Below are positions 12,050 to 26,771 of a stretch of 64,000 nucleotides of DNA, piece by piece. This DNA comes from the human T2T-CHM13v2.0 reference genome, Homo sapiens: assembly GCF_009914755.1 (NCBI RefSeq), contig NC_060935.1. One strand, written 5' to 3'. The first letter of the stretch is position 1. Each line of letters opens with the position of its first letter. A program made the translations under genes and the position numbers. A model generated the notes under the pieces. The model saw only the letters and a list, made by a program, of their open reading frames with translations, was not told the DNA's origin and searched no databases.

Positions 12050-14297
12050 TGCATTAGTCCGTTTTCATGATGCTGATAAAGACACACCCGAGACTCAGAA
12101 GAAAAATAGGTTTAATTGGACTCACAGTTTTACATGGCTGGGGAAGCCTCAGAATCATGGCAGGAGGTGAAAGGCACTTCTTATATGGTGGTGGCAAGAG
12201 AAACTGAGGAGAAAGCAAAAGTGAAAACCTCTTATAAACCCATCAGATTTCATGAGACTTATTCACTATCACGAAAATAGCACAGGAAAGACCAGCCCCC
12301 ATGATTCAATTACCTCCTACTTGGGTCTCTCTCACAACATGTAGGAATTCTTGGAGATACAATTCCAGTTGAGATTTGGGTGGGGACACAGCCAAACCAT
12401 ATTATTCTGACCCTGGCCCCTCCAAATCTCATGTCAGCACATTTCAAAACCAATCATATCTTCCCAAAATGTCTTAACTCATTTCACCATTAACCCAAAA
12501 GGCCACAGTCCAAAGTCTCATCTGAGACAAGGCAAGTCCTTTCTGCCTATGAGCCTGTAAAATCAAAAGCAAGCTAGCTAGTTCCTAGATACAATGGGGG
12601 CACAGGAATGGGGTAATTGCAGCCATTCCAAGTGAGAGAAAATGGCCAAAACAAAGGGGTTGCCAGGTCCATGCAAGTCCAAAATCCAGCATGGCAGACA
12701 AATGTTAAAGCTCCAAAATGATCTCCTTTGACTCCATGTCTCACATCCAGGTCACACTGATGCTAGAGGCAGGTTCCCATGGTCTTGAGCAGCTCTGCTC
12801 CTGTGGCTTTGCAGGATACAGCCTCCTTCCCAGCTGCTTTCATGGTCTGGCTTTGAGTGTCTGCAGCTTTTCCAGGTGCACAGTGCAAGCTGTCATTGGA
12901 TCTACAATGCTGGGATCTGGAGGATGGTGGCCCCCTTCTCAAAGCTCCACTAGGCAGTTCCCCAGTAGGGACTCTATGTGGGGGCTCTGATCCCATATTT
13001 CCTTTCCACATTGCCGTAGCAGAGGTTCTCAATGAGAGTCCCACCCCTACAGCACACCTCTGCCAGTACATCCAGGCATTTCCATACGTCTTCTGAAATC
13101 TAGGCAGAAGTTCCCAAACCTCACTTCTTGACTTCTGTGTACTCACAGGCTCAACACCATGTGAAAGCTGCCCAGGCTTGAGGTTTGCATCATCTGAAGC
13201 CACAGCCCAAGCTCTATATAGGCCCCTTTCAGTCTTGGCTGGAATGGCTAGGACAGAGGGCACCAAGTCCCTTGGCTGCACACAGCACCAGGACCTTGAG
13301 CCTGACCTGCGAAACCACTTTTACCTCCTGGGCCTACAGGCCTGTGATGGGAGGGGCTGCCATGAAGGTCTCTGAAATGACCTGGAGACATTTTCCCCAT
13401 TGTCTTGGGGACTAACATTAGGTTCCTTGCTACTTATGCAAATTTCTGCAGCCATCTTGAATTTCTCCCCAGAAAATTGATTTTTCATTTCTATCACATA
13501 GCCTGTAAATTTTCGAAACTTTTATGCTCTGCTTCCCTTATAAAACTGAATGCCTTTAGCAGTATCCAAGTCACCTCTTGAATGCTTTGCTGCTTAGAAA
13601 TTTCTTCCACCAGATACCCTAAATCATCTTTCTCAAGTTCAAAATTCTACAAATCTCTAGGGCAGAGGCAAAATGCCACCAGTTTCTTTGCTAAAACATA
13701 ACAAGAGTCACCTTTACTCCAGTTGCCAACAACTTCCTCATCTCCATCTGAGACCACCTCAGCCTGGACCTTATTGTTCGTAGTGCTATCAGCATTTTGG
13801 GCAAAGCCATCCAACAAGTCTCTAAGAAGTTCCAAACTTTCTCACATTTCCCTGTCTTCTTCTGAGCCCTCCAAACTGTTCCAACCTCTGCCTGTTACCC
13901 AGTTTCTGAGTCACTTCCACATTATTGGGTATCTTTTCAGCAATGCCCCACTCTACTGGTACTAATTTACTGTATTAGTCTGTTTTCATGATCCTGATAA
14001 AGACATACCCAAGACTGGTAAGAAAAAGAGGTTTAATTGGACTTAGAGTTCCACATGGCTGGGGAGGCCTCAGAATGGCAGAAGGTGGCAGTAAGAGAAA
14101 ATGAGGAGGAAGCAAAAGCAGAAACCCCTGATAAACCCATCGGATCTCATGAGACTTTGTCACTTCCATGAGAACAGCACAAGAAAGACCAGCCCCCATG
14201 ATTCAATTACCTCCCCCTCAGTCTCTACAGCACATGGGAATTCTAGGAGATACAATTCAAGTTGAGATTTGGGTGGGAACACAGCCAAACCATATCA
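12050..14297 (-). mobile_element. Full-length THE1C-like MaLR element (LTR 12050-12404, internal 12405-13970, LTR 13971-14297)
   Basis: Two matching LTRs (tg[c/t]attagtc...cagccaaaccatat[t/c]a) around a ~1.57-kb THE1 internal region. 5-bp TSD gatat / ggtat. Confidence 0.92.
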
Positions 14298-17200
14298 GGT
14301 ATTACTACAAAACTTTCATAATGACTAAAATAAAAAATAGTTATAATGTTATATTCTGTCAAGCATGCAAAGAAACTGGATTACTCATGCATTACTGGTA
14401 TAAATATAAAATGGTTCAGCCACTCTGGAAAATAATTTGACAATAATTATACTCTCAGGCACTTATCCCAGTAAAATAAAAACTTATGTTCATTCAAGAA
14501 CCTGTAAATAAATGTTCATAGCGGATCTAATCTAAATGGCCAAATCTGGAAGCAACTCAAATGGCCTTCAATGGGTGAGTGGTTAAATTAATTGTGGTAC
14601 ATCCAAATCATGGAATATTATTTAGCAACAAAAAAGAATGAAGTATTGATAGATACAACAGTTTGGATGAACCTCAAGGAAATTATGGTGAGTAAAAAAG
14701 AGATTCGCAGGTCCAGATGGTTTTAGTGGTGAATTCTTCTAAACTTTTGAGAAACAAATAAAAAAATTCATACAAACTCTTCCAGAGAATAGAAAATGAG
14801 AAAATCTTCCAAACTTGCCTTATGATTTAAGAATAATATTAAAGCCAAAACCTGATAATGACTTTATAGGAATGGAAAATTATAGGCAAATATATCTTAT
14901 TATTAGATGCAAAAAAACTAACAAAATTAATCAATGATATAAAAAAAGAAATACATCATGACCAAGTTAGCTTGGTATTCCAAGAATGCAAGACTTATTG
15001 AACATCCAAAATCAATCAAATCACATTTGATTGAAAATTTTTTTAAATCATGGGATCAACAAATACAGGAAAAAATGTAATAAAATTTAATACCTGCACA
15101 TGACAAAAACTTTCAACTAACTAGTAAGGGAAACAAACACTCTCAACATAATAAATAAATATACAAAAAAACCTACATTTATCACTACACTTTACTTCAC
15201 ATTAATTCACTATACTTAATTGTGAATTATTGAACACTTTCTACTGAATTTTGAAACAAGAAAAGAATGTCTTTTGTCACCAGTTTTATTCAACATTGTA
15301 CAGGAAGTTCTAGCTGGTACAATATGGCAGGAAATAGAAATCAAAAGCATAAATATTAGAAAGAAAGAGGTGGCCAGGATGGTGGCTTAAGCCTGTAATC
15401 CCAGCACTTTGGGAGGCCAAGGCAGAAGGATCACTTGAGCCCAGGAGTTAAAGACCAGCTTCGCCAACATAGCGATACTAAATAAATAAATAAATGGGCT
15501 TTGTGGTGTATGCCTGTAGTGCCAGCTACTCAGGAGGCTGAGATGGAAGGATCCCTTGAGCTCAGGAGGTTGAGGCTGCAGTCAACCATTATCACACCAC
15601 TGCACTCCAACTTGGTCAACAGAGTGAGACCCTGTCTCAAAAATAAAAGGCAAAAAATGTATTACAGATGACATGATTATATATAAAAATTCTGAAACAA
15701 TCAACAAACAAATTATAAGGATTAATATCTGAATTTTTAAAAATTGCTGGATACAAAGTTTATATTTAGAAATTCTTTACATTTCTATATACTGGAAACA
15801 AATAATTGAAATATAAAAATGAAAGTTATACCATATCGAATAGCACCAAAAGCATCATATACCTAAGAGTAAATATTTTTAAGACAAGCAAGACTCCTGC
15901 ACTAAAAAATAAAATATTACTGCAAGAAAGAACAAAAAAAAATGAAGCAAATGGAGAGATATACAATGCTCATGGATTAGAAAATTCATGCTAGGCTGGG
16001 ATGTCAATTCTTTCTCACATAATCGAATTGAAAACCCCAATCAGAACCCCAGCACATTTTTTTAAATTGCCAAACTGATTCTAAAATGATATGGAGATAC
16101 AAAAAAATCTAGAATAGCCAACGCAAACTTAAAGATGAAAAAAGCTGGAGAACTTAAATATCTTAACTTTCAGGCTTATTATGGCTAATAATACAGCTAC
16201 AGTTATTAAATGTGATATTGGCAAAAGGATAGACAAATTGATTAATGGAACAGGATAAGATCCCAGAGGTAAGTCCAAACATAACAGACACCAGATTTAA
16301 TGGCAAGTCTCCACTACAATTCAGTGGGGGAAAGAATGTTATTTTTGATAAATGGTACTGTCAATTGGATATCCATGTTGATAGCCTTAATCCATCACAC
16401 CATAATAAAAAATTAAAGCAAGATGAACCATATATCTAAAAGTGAATGATAAAATAACCAAATTTCTTAAAGAAAACTTAGGAGACTATCTTAAAGAACT
16501 GAGGATAATTAAAGAATTCTTAAACAGACACCAAAAGCACTAATCATAAAGACTAAAAATGATACTCAGTCAAAATTACAGACTTCTCTTTATCAAAAGA
16601 CACTATTATGAGAATAGAAAGGAAAAGGACAGGGAGAAGCTATTTGTGCTACATAGATCCAAATAGAACTTGTATCCAAAGTATCTAATGAATTTCCACA
16701 GGTCTGTAAGAAGAAATTACACTATGCAATTAAAAAATGAACAAAATATCTGATATCTTCATAAAGAAGATAGCCAAATTATCAATAAATGAATGAGAAG
16801 GTGTTAAACATCATTATCAGAAGAATGCAAACTAAAGCCACATGAGGTATCCCTACATAGCCCACCAGCAGGGCTTAAATTACTGCCTGGTGAAACTTTA
16901 AAGTGATACAAATACTTTGGAAAACGGTGTGCCAATATCTACTAAAGCTGAGCATACTCCCACTCTATGACTCAGCACTTCCTCTCCTCAGTATATACCC
17001 AGAGAAATGAGTATTTATGTTCACAAAAAGACATGAACAGAAATATTCATAGCAGTATTCTTCATCAATGCCCAAAACTGTAGACCACTCAAATGGCCTC
17101 AATATTAGAATGAATAAACTGTAGTATAGTTGCATGATGGAATAATATACAATCATATACAGAAATAAGAAAGATAATTCATGAATGATATATAATTCAA

Positions 17201-17550
17201 AATAGAAAAAATCTGAAAAACATTCGAAGTGAAAGTAGCCAAACAAGAAATAGTATATACAATATAATTCAACTTATATGAGGGGCAAAAACATGGAAAA
17301 CTGGTTTGTGATGATGGAGATTGGAGTAGTATGAAACATTATGGTGAGTTCTGACTGGGATGAGACATGATAAAACCATCTAGAATGCTAGAAATGTTCT
17401 ATAGCTTGATCTGGCAGGCAGAGATGTGCATATATACATGTACAATTTGCACATATGTGTAAAATTTACATATATGTAAAATCTCATTAAGCTATACACT
17501 TTCAATTTCTGTACTTTACTATTTGTAAACTATACATCAGTTTTTAAAAT
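14298..17550 (+). mobile_element. Old L1 (MC/MD/ME) ORF2 and 3' UTR fragments
   Basis: ORF2 hallmarks caggtccagatggttttagtggtgaattct, ttttattcaacattgtacaggaagttctagc, aatgctcatggattagaaaa. The 3' UTR ends ~17550. Confidence 0.8.
15372..15648 (+). mobile_element. AluJ
   Basis: ggatcacttgagcccaggag and aggttgaggctgcagt diagnostics. Confidence 0.9.
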
Positions 17551-17641
17551 ATATAGACAGAGATGGCTATTTCTGAAGCTCCATTGGCCTCAGAAAGAAC
17601 ATAAGAACATGGTCCTATGCTAAGTAAGGGACAACAGGAGA

Positions 17642-17845
17642 TGTGGTGTTTTTAAAACACATCTGCAAATTATTTGACACCACTTCCATCCAAAAGATGA
17701 AGTCTAATTCCTTTCCCTTTGAATATGGGTAAAAATAGTTATTCACATCTAACAAACATACAAACAAAACACAGAGGAAGTGATGTTTGAAATGTGACAT
17801 AGCTCCCACTTGGCATGACATTAATTCTCTCTCTCTCTCTCTCCT
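17642..17845 (+). mobile_element. MLT1F/G-like LTR 5' fragment
   Basis: caaattatttgacaccacttccatc...gtctaattcctttccctttgaatatggg. Confidence 0.55.
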
Positions 17846-17983
17846 TCTCTCCATTTTACCTATTAGTATCCCATGGGAAAGAGAATTGGGACAACCTCAA
17901 CAATGAGTTGGTGATAAGCCATATTTGTTTGTACTAAGAATTGTTTAGAGCTTTAGTTTTAGTTTAGTTTATTAGAAACAAAA

Positions 17984-18557
17984 ATTAGTTTTCTTTGCTG
18001 CATACAAATGATTACAAACTTAGTGACTTAAAACCACCTATTTATTATCTTACAATATTTGCGGGTCAGAAGTCCAGACACAGCATAACTGGGTTCTCTG
18101 CTCATGGTTTTACATGAGCAGAGATAGGCTGCATTCTCATCTGGAGCTAAAAGCTTTCTTCCCCATGTGGTCAGTTTTTGTCAAAATTCAGTTCCCATTC
18201 CCTTGATGGCTGCTAGCATGAGTTTGCTTTCAGCATCTAGAGGCCACCCTCAGGTCCTAGCCATGTGGTCTCCATGATACGCATTTCACAACATGGATAT
18301 TTGCTTTCTTCTCTGGGGCTAACAAGACACTCTAATATTTCACTTCATTTTTAAAGGGCTTGTCTAATTAGGTCAGACCCTCATAGGATAACCCCACTTT
18401 TGATTATCTAAAAGACACCAACTATTAACCTAATTGTGGAAGTGAAAGCCCATCATTTTCACAGATTCCACCTATACTTAAGGGGAGGAACTTGTACTAG
18501 GCATGTGCATCAGTGGGTGGGCATTTTATGGGCCATGTTGGAATTCTGCCTACTACA
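17984..18557 (-). mobile_element. MLT1E-like LTR
   Basis: acaaacttagtgacttaaaac...ctaattaggtcagaccc...gaattctgcctactaca. Confidence 0.75.
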
Positions 18558-19099
18558 GTTCCCTTTGCCCTGAATGCAGGGTTCATCATCGTTAATGTCA
18601 ATCTTAATATGACATTAAAGACCAAGAAAATATTTTTGTGCCTATACATGTACTTATTTGCCTACTGATGAACTTATTCTCTAGGACTTCAAAAAGATAT
18701 CTGAGACAGGTTATAATTAGGTTAGTATCATTAGAAAAAGGAAATATAAAAGGGATAATGCTGATATCAGGAAACTTCTATCTCTGAACATAAAACTCAG
18801 CTCTATACTTCTTAACTTCTAAAACAGAGACGGAAATAACAAGAGCTCTTACTCATGCATGTCTTACTTGCTAGAAAAAGAAACATGGAGTTTCACAGAA
18901 AAGACAAACTCTTTTCTAGTCTTGAAATCTGAAGGACTTTTTTCCTTTTCCTTTTTTTCCTGAAAGATCCTTTAGAAAGGGGAAATTTGAACAACGTTGT
19001 CCTCAATGGCAGTCTCTGTTTCACAAAAATTCAGGTTATTCAAATACAGCTTTCAACTCTCTATGAAATCCTAGGGCGTGGAAAACAGCAATCTCATAA

Positions 19100-19250
19100 A
19101 TGTAAATCTATTCCAGGCACTCAAACATTCTATGTAAGTTAGTTCATTTAACCTTCGCAATAACAATATGAAGTAGGTATCATTATAATTATCCTCACTA
19201 ACAGAAGAGGAAATTGAGTTGTAGGGAGGCTAGGTAAATTTCCCATAGTC
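19100..19250 (-). mobile_element. MIR
   Basis: tcatttaaccttcgcaataac...acagaagaggaaattgag. Confidence 0.65.
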
Positions 19251-20303
19251 AGATTGGATAAAGAAATGAATTTTGGAAAATACTGAAGAGTTAATAATTA
19301 ATCAATCTCTTGGGCCCTGTCAAATATTGACTGCCTCACTGGGCTTTTGACAGGGGCTGAATGTCAATCAATTTCTAATTGAGATGAATGGTAGTTCTTA
19401 AAGAGTTGCTCTCCTCTGTTATTAATTGAATGGAAATCCATGTGCTCTATAATCTAGAGTCAAGATGCAAAGCTCTTAAATAGGCAAAGATGATATTTCA
19501 TCAGAAAAATTGAAAAAGTTGAACTTTCATTCTTGCCTTATTGGAAGGGACCTCTGTGTGAAGAGATGGGCAAATTGCCAAATGAGAGCAGGGATAAAGG
19601 GAAAAGCAAATGTATGGATATTCATGTGCATTAAGGTCTGAATGAGGTGTTGGCAAAACCCTGGGCTTCTTTTCAGAGAGAAGGAGTTGGTAGAATAGGA
19701 AGAGAGAGAAGAAGGAAGATCTCTGAATAGAAATGAAGTAAAAGCAACAAAAATCATAAAAGTTGTGGTGCAGCTTTGTCTCACTGAATTAGGAGATAAA
19801 TATCAAGGTCTTGTCTGTGTTAATAAGTTGTGAGAATCCTTGAACAGGCCCATCCCACCTGTCCAAGCTTCACCTTCATCTTTGCTAAAATGGAGACTTT
19901 TTTAATTCCTAGCTGTCACTTCACAGAGTTTTATTGATATCATTCATACATTCATAAAACCTTTAATCATCACATCTTATGTATCAGAAACTGTTCTAAG
20001 CAGTGGGAATGTGAAGATAAAAGACCCAATATTTACCCTCATAGCCTTAAATCCCTCTCAAAAAAAGCAGGGATGGATGGAGAGAGGAAAGAGAAATGAC
20101 ATATGTGGACAGTCTCCAGCCTCATGGTATTTACAGACTTGGAGGGTAATAGGGAATGTAATGAATGTCTAAAAGAGGCTCACAAAATAAATTGTGACAT
20201 ACTGAATGTATATTTGAAAGGGGTGTCTTGGAAAAGCTGACTCCTAGCTTCAATACTGCAAGTGTATAGAAACTGATTCACAGGCAGAGAAATAGGAAGC
20301 AGA

Positions 20304-20330
20304 ATGGATGGATGGATGGATGGATGGATG
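20304..20330 (+). repeat. (GGAT)n microsatellite
   Basis: atggatggatggatggatggatggatg. Confidence 0.9.
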
Positions 20331-22629
20331 TGAGCGTGGAGAACAGGCTGGGAGAAGAATAGTGAAAAGAACAAGGCTTTGGAATCAATAAGCCCTGCAT
20401 CCAAATGTAAGGTATATGGTTTACTTCCTGAATGATGGCATGTTCCTTGTGGGATTACTATAAGGATTGCAGACAATTTATGGAAAATGATAAAAACTCA
20501 GTGAATGATAGTATAATAATGCTTTCTTCAGTTAGTGAGAAACTGTTGAAAAGGTCCTGAGAAAGCATAGCAATAATTGGAGAGATGGAACTAGAGGTGA
20601 GATTACCAGGCTTCCAGCTAAGAAATGGTGAGCACTCACCATAGGTAGTAGCAAAAAGATTGGCAACATGGGGGAGGACATGAAAATGTAAAGTCTCTAG
20701 GACTTGGTGAGGGTGATATCTGCTTAGGTATGGCCTCCTGGTCATATGTTGGTGCTCTTCATAGAGGAGGAAAGTTAAGGCAGGAAAATATGTTGCATTG
20801 GAGGGATGCAGTAGCGGACAGGAGCAGGGGGAAGAAATGAAGCCAGATTCATCAGTTTCTCCAGCATCCCAAGGAGAAAGGACAGTACATGTGACTAAGG
20901 ACTTAGTATACCCCTGGGAGCTGATGCTTGGCATCTTCCTCTTTTCCCTTTCTGAATCCATCTCCTATCTTAGAGTCTCAGTCTTCTTGGGCTGTTCTAT
21001 CATGCCCCCCTTCCAAGGGCAACCCCTAATTTATCAACCATCCCTCCTCACTCTTTTTTCCCCTTCAGCACTCTCATTTTCTCCATGCACAGATTTTAGT
21101 TGATCATATAAGTTAAATCACACACAAACCCAAAGGAACACTAACCAATGGTGTAATACGGGCACCCACAGTAAACAGCCTGGTAGCAATCTGTGCTTGG
21201 CAGACTGTCCTTCCCAGGACACCTAAAATCACATCATTTAGTTCTCCCATGTGCATCTCCAGTCCTTGATAAAGGCATATGCAAAATCAGAGACAACAAG
21301 AACAGAAGGCAGCAAATGGAATATAAAATATTGCCACAACCCCCCCACTCCACCCACTCTTCCAGCAGGAGAAAAGAAGCTGCAGGGAAATTGAGGAGGT
21401 GGGAAGACACTTTAGGGCAGAAGATGATTCTCCAGACATAGAGAGCCTTGTATTCCACTGTTCGCACCTGTTATACAATGCTATGCTGTTTTTCAGGCAA
21501 GGCAATAAGATTTGAAAAAAATACATATCACCATCAGGACCTACCAAACCATCTGTATGCGTGGGACACTTGAGAGTCTTGGGTAGAGCTACATTGATTT
21601 GAAAAAAAATCTAAATATTCATAAATACCAAGATTTGAAAAGTAGATGCCAGGTGGCTCCAGGTGTTCTCGTTACTGAATCAGAAAGTTTGTTCAGTGTA
21701 CTATTCTGAAAATATGAGCATAGAACCGCACCACTAGAAGTCCCAGGAGACAACTTGCTCTCCTATTCAAATGGGGGCAAATAATCTTTCTTTTAGCTCA
21801 CCTTCATCTTTCCAGATGATCTAATATGAGAGAAAGAGAGAGGAAGAGGAGGAGGACTGAATTTTTGCAACCAAACTGTGCACGTGTGATCGCGAACTAT
21901 TTCATCTATAAGCTTCTTTTATGTATAGTACCTTCTAATTTGTTGGTTCTCCTTGTGAATATGATTGAGAACCACTTCTTGGGAGAGATAAGAGACTCTA
22001 ATGTTGGTTTGTACAGCCTAAATTGTGTGGCCTCTTCTTTCTCCAAGTCCTTCTATATGGACTTAATATACACTCTAAGTCTCAGAGGAAACGGGCTCAG
22101 TGCTGGCACATACTTATGCATTCAATAGATGGTAACTGTTATCATGCATACCTGTAGCACAAATTTCACACATAGGATTCCCTTTTTTCCTAAATTCTTG
22201 TTTCAGAAATTTTGTGTACATTTTGGGCATATAGAGTCTCTACAACCTATATGGACTCTTGAGATGTTTCGGTAGTCCATTATTGACTTAGTTTCTACTA
22301 CCAAATCCAATATTTGAACTTGACAAAAGCTTGCTTAAGGTTACTGCTTTCCCTGATTCTCCTAGGAACCCTTGCTTCCTCCCAGGGAGGCTTCTGCTCT
22401 CAAACCGTTACTAAAATGGTTGAGTATCAGCTCTAGAAAAGGAATCATCAAGACTGTAGAGGGATGGGGATCCATCTCACCCAGATTTGTTGGTTGTGGG
22501 GATAAGCAAGGTACATGCACACGCAGATGGTTAAGTACATATTTGGAAAGCTAGAGATGAGATAATCAAGAACTCATTAGTTTCCTGGTTCTCCGTCTTT
22601 CCTTCTGCATTTCCTTTCTTCCTTTCTCC

Positions 22630-23275
22630 CTTCCTTCCTTCATTTCTTTTTTCCAACAGTAATTATTCTGTGCCTACTACATACAAGGCACTCACTATTC
22701 TAGGTATTGGTGATATAAGAATGAACAACACAAACCAGGGTGCTGGTCATCAGGAGCTTACATTTTGGGTGTGGGGGTAGATAGACAACAAACACATGTG
22801 CTAATAAATTAGTTAATTTCAGAAAGCAGTAAGTGCTATGAAAACAATAAAACAGATAACATAGTCAAGGGTGACTAGAATAGATAAAGTGGAGAGAAAA
22901 AAGCTCTCTGAAGATTTGACATTTGCACCGAGGCCTGAATAACAAGAAGGGCACTTGGATATTTGAGAGAATGCGCATTATAAAGGGAGCAGGAAGTACA
23001 AAGGCTCTGAGGTGGAAATATATTTGGCAAGTTCAAAGAATAGAAAGGAGACCTATCTGGCTGACATGTATTAAAAGGGAGAGCAGGAGGAGATGAGGTC
23101 AGTGCAATGGGGAAAAGCCACATTACTGTGTAGGGCACAGAGGCCAGAGGCTTTGATAAGACTTTGGATTTCATTCTGATGGGAAGCCATTGGAAGGTCT
23201 CAAAGAGAGGAGTGATGTAATCTGATTTACATTTTGCAAGATAATTCTAGCAGATGGGTGGAGAATAGAGTGGAA
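22630..23275 (-). mobile_element. L2 LINE 3' portion
   Basis: tgcctactac...ggagcttacatt...caaaggctctgaggtggaa...gggaagccattggaagg...tctgatttacatttt. Confidence 0.8.
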
Positions 23276-23566
23276 CAAACCAGTCGCCTCACTTCATAAT
23301 CATTTCTATTATTAGATTTAAAAATAATTCAGTGGAGCCTCTACCCCAATCACTTGCTATTGCCAAGGCTCATCTTCAACTTTAAAGCACCAAGTTTGGT
23401 CCCCACACAGAAGTTTATGACAATGTAAAGTAGGCCCTAAAGACAATTCCCAGAAACTCCAATTTGAATGTGCACGTTCTGGCACAATTCCTTCTAAAGT
23501 TCCTCTATTTTAACCTCACCTGCATGTTAACTACCACAACACAGATAGTCTCAATCTTATTCCTCC

Positions 23567-23737
23567 CTGTGTCCTTCAACATCAGGTGAATATTAGAATC
23601 ACCCAAGGAGACTTTAAAGATCAATAGTCATGCTGTACCACTGATCCATTAAGTCAGGATCTTCAGATGGGTCTCAGGCCTCAGTGTTTGTTAAAGCTTC
23701 CCCATGCGATTCCCATGGGCAGCCATGGCAACCACTG
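23567..23737. mobile_element. MER5A-family MITE
   Basis: attagaatcaccc...aaagcttccccatgcgattc...aaccactg. Confidence 0.65.
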
Positions 23738-25547
23738 CCTCACAAAAAAATGGGCATTTGAGAGCTTCTGTTGGTGACGACAAGTGGCATGGGACAACAG
23801 GACATGTGCATTCCCACTGCTATGTCCCTGGAGGCCCCCAGGAAAAGGCATGATGAGCTCTCAAATGGCAGGAACATTCTGAAGCTTGAGCACACAAAGG
23901 CTCATGCAGGAGGCCACTCTGCAGTCAGCAGCACGTTGCTCTGCAGTGGGGTGCCCAGAATTGCAGATGAAAATAGAGGACATATTGCCTCTTTAGAAGG
24001 AACTCTGGGGACCTTGACAAACTCTATTTTTTTAAAAAAATGAAACAAAGGATGATTTCATCCAAATAGGATGCCTGTACATCTAGCACCATAAAGATAG
24101 ATGCCACCCCTGCTCTGAAGTGCCTGACATCCTACAGAGCTCAAAATGTAAAAGCTAACACATCTTGTCAAGCTCTAAAATAAGAGAGGCAGCTTTCCCA
24201 CTTTCCTATTTAGTTTTTCTACATTTGTTATGCTTAGCTGCTAGGTTAAAACAAAAAAGAAAAGAGAGAAGATAGTAAAATAATCCCTAGCAAAGAGAAA
24301 GATGGCATTTTAGTAAAGTGGCATGACCCAGTCGAGCAAGTTTTGCGTGTTTTGTGTGGTGGTGCTTTGTTATGGTTTTCTTTTTTATGACACAGGGGCA
24401 GACAATGCAATAGAATCCTAAATCACTTTTTTATAGTTTTCCACATATTTTAGCACTTAATTTCGTTCTGCATTACATGATTTGATACTATTTTAGATGT
24501 GTTAATACTGCCAAATCTGGTAAATTTCTTGAGAACGCATTTCTTTTGTAATTTCAACAGCACCTGTTTACAGGTATGTGTTGCCTAGTGATCAAAGATT
24601 CCACATTGAGCAACCCAGGTAATACTTGTATTCTATTTTTATATTGTTTCTTTCCTCCCTGGCCCTAACTCCTAATCCTTCAAATCTTTCACCTTTTTAT
24701 CTGTGCATATATGTGTGTGCGTGTGTGCATGCACATACATGACTTCAAAGGAAGCACAAGGCTCTATATGCTCACCCTAGTAACTATGAAATTTCAGGGC
24801 AGGTTGTCAGGAGTCTTAGTAAGTAAGGCACTGTTCTTGAAAGTATACCTACGAGTCACATGCCAAGCTAGTTTAGAGCTAGGTTTCCTATGTTAAGCCT
24901 CAGACACCTGCAAGAAGGGCAATGGATTCTATATGAAGGGAAGCTTAGTGAGTCAATACCCAAACCCATAATGGATCAAAATGTTTTGGGAAAAAGAAGT
25001 CGTAGAATGAATTCCCCCCCACTCTTTGAGTGCTGATTTAGATCCCCCCAAAATAGTAATTGTAACCTTGAGAAGAGCAAGGCAAACTTCAAAGGTCAAA
25101 AACTCATGCAGCCTATATGTAGAAAGTGAAGGTAGCAAGCATGATTAGCTACAATGGAGAAGAGATACTTTAAAGCTCTCAAGAGACAGAACACTTAGTG
25201 ACATATGGGTGGTGCCACCTGGAATTTTCCAGCACAGAAGCCCTCCACAGGACTTCCTGGGAAGGAAAGGGACCACGAAGTTACCTCCTTTCCTGATTAT
25301 ACACATAGTCATGGAAGACCAAAATCAAAATCTGTCATTGACAGTGAGACACATTGGTCCCCAAAACCTTGAATCCTGCTGAGTCCTGGATCTTAAGCAT
25401 TTATGAGCCTCAGTTTTCCACTAGTACTGTGGTCTAAGAAACAAGAATCATAGTCATTATTCTGACTAGAAGTTAAAGGAGAGAATTTAAAGAAGGTGAG
25501 AATTCAATGTTTCAAGAGTTATAATGTTCCCAAGAAATATTCTATAA

Positions 25548-25726
25548 AGCAACCCTGGGCAGGCTGATTATTAAAATCATCTGAGGGACTTCTTAACAAC
25601 AATATAGAGATTCTGGATCTGCTCTGTAATGATCACCATTTCTAAAGGGTGAAGAGAGGCCTGGAATCATTTATAAAATGTTCCCTGGATGATCCTGTTG
25701 ATAGACGACTGTTTTGGATAACACTG
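25548..25726. mobile_element. MER5B-like MITE
   Basis: aaatcatctgaggg...ggcctggaatc...ataacactg. Confidence 0.5.
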
Positions 25727-26268
25727 TTTTGTATTTACCAAAAAGTATAATTTACACAACCAATTAGCAGATTGTGCCCTTGACTATTTCATAACTCATA
25801 GAATAGTCTTTAATCAGTTTCCTCTTATAAGGTCTCAGTATCACCATCAGGAAAATGAGACTAATAATTAATGATCTCTAATTTTGCTGCAGAAAAGAGC
25901 TCCTTGGTGAGGAAGGCACAGAGTTGACAAGTTGCTTTCTTCTCAGTTGGATTTGCTATCATGGATTCACGTTCATAGCATGTCTGAGATCTAGATTAAC
26001 ATAAACAAAAAATAATCTTCTCTTGTCTCAGACTGGTAATAATGTAATAGGCTCTTTTAGCTACTTCTAAACGATGTTTGCTTTAAAACAACTCTCTATA
26101 GGGCAAAACTCCACTGAAAATTTCTAAAGTCCTGCACACTTTATGTAGGGGATTTCAACCTCTGCAAACTTACCAGAAAGAGGAACCAGGGTTGAGGCTA
26201 AAATGTAAAGAATGGAGACTGATAGAGACTTTTTTACCAAGAGGGTCACAGAAGTTCGAAATTATTTA

Positions 26269-26771
<503 letters not shown>

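Noticed and set aside
12718-13965. Cluster of 60-172 aa ORFs
   Set aside because: All lie in the THE1 internal region and are decayed MaLR sequence.
20458-21103. 167-aa and 101-aa overlapping ORFs
   Set aside because: No recognisable domain or splice structure, and partly over L2/MIR-like sequence.
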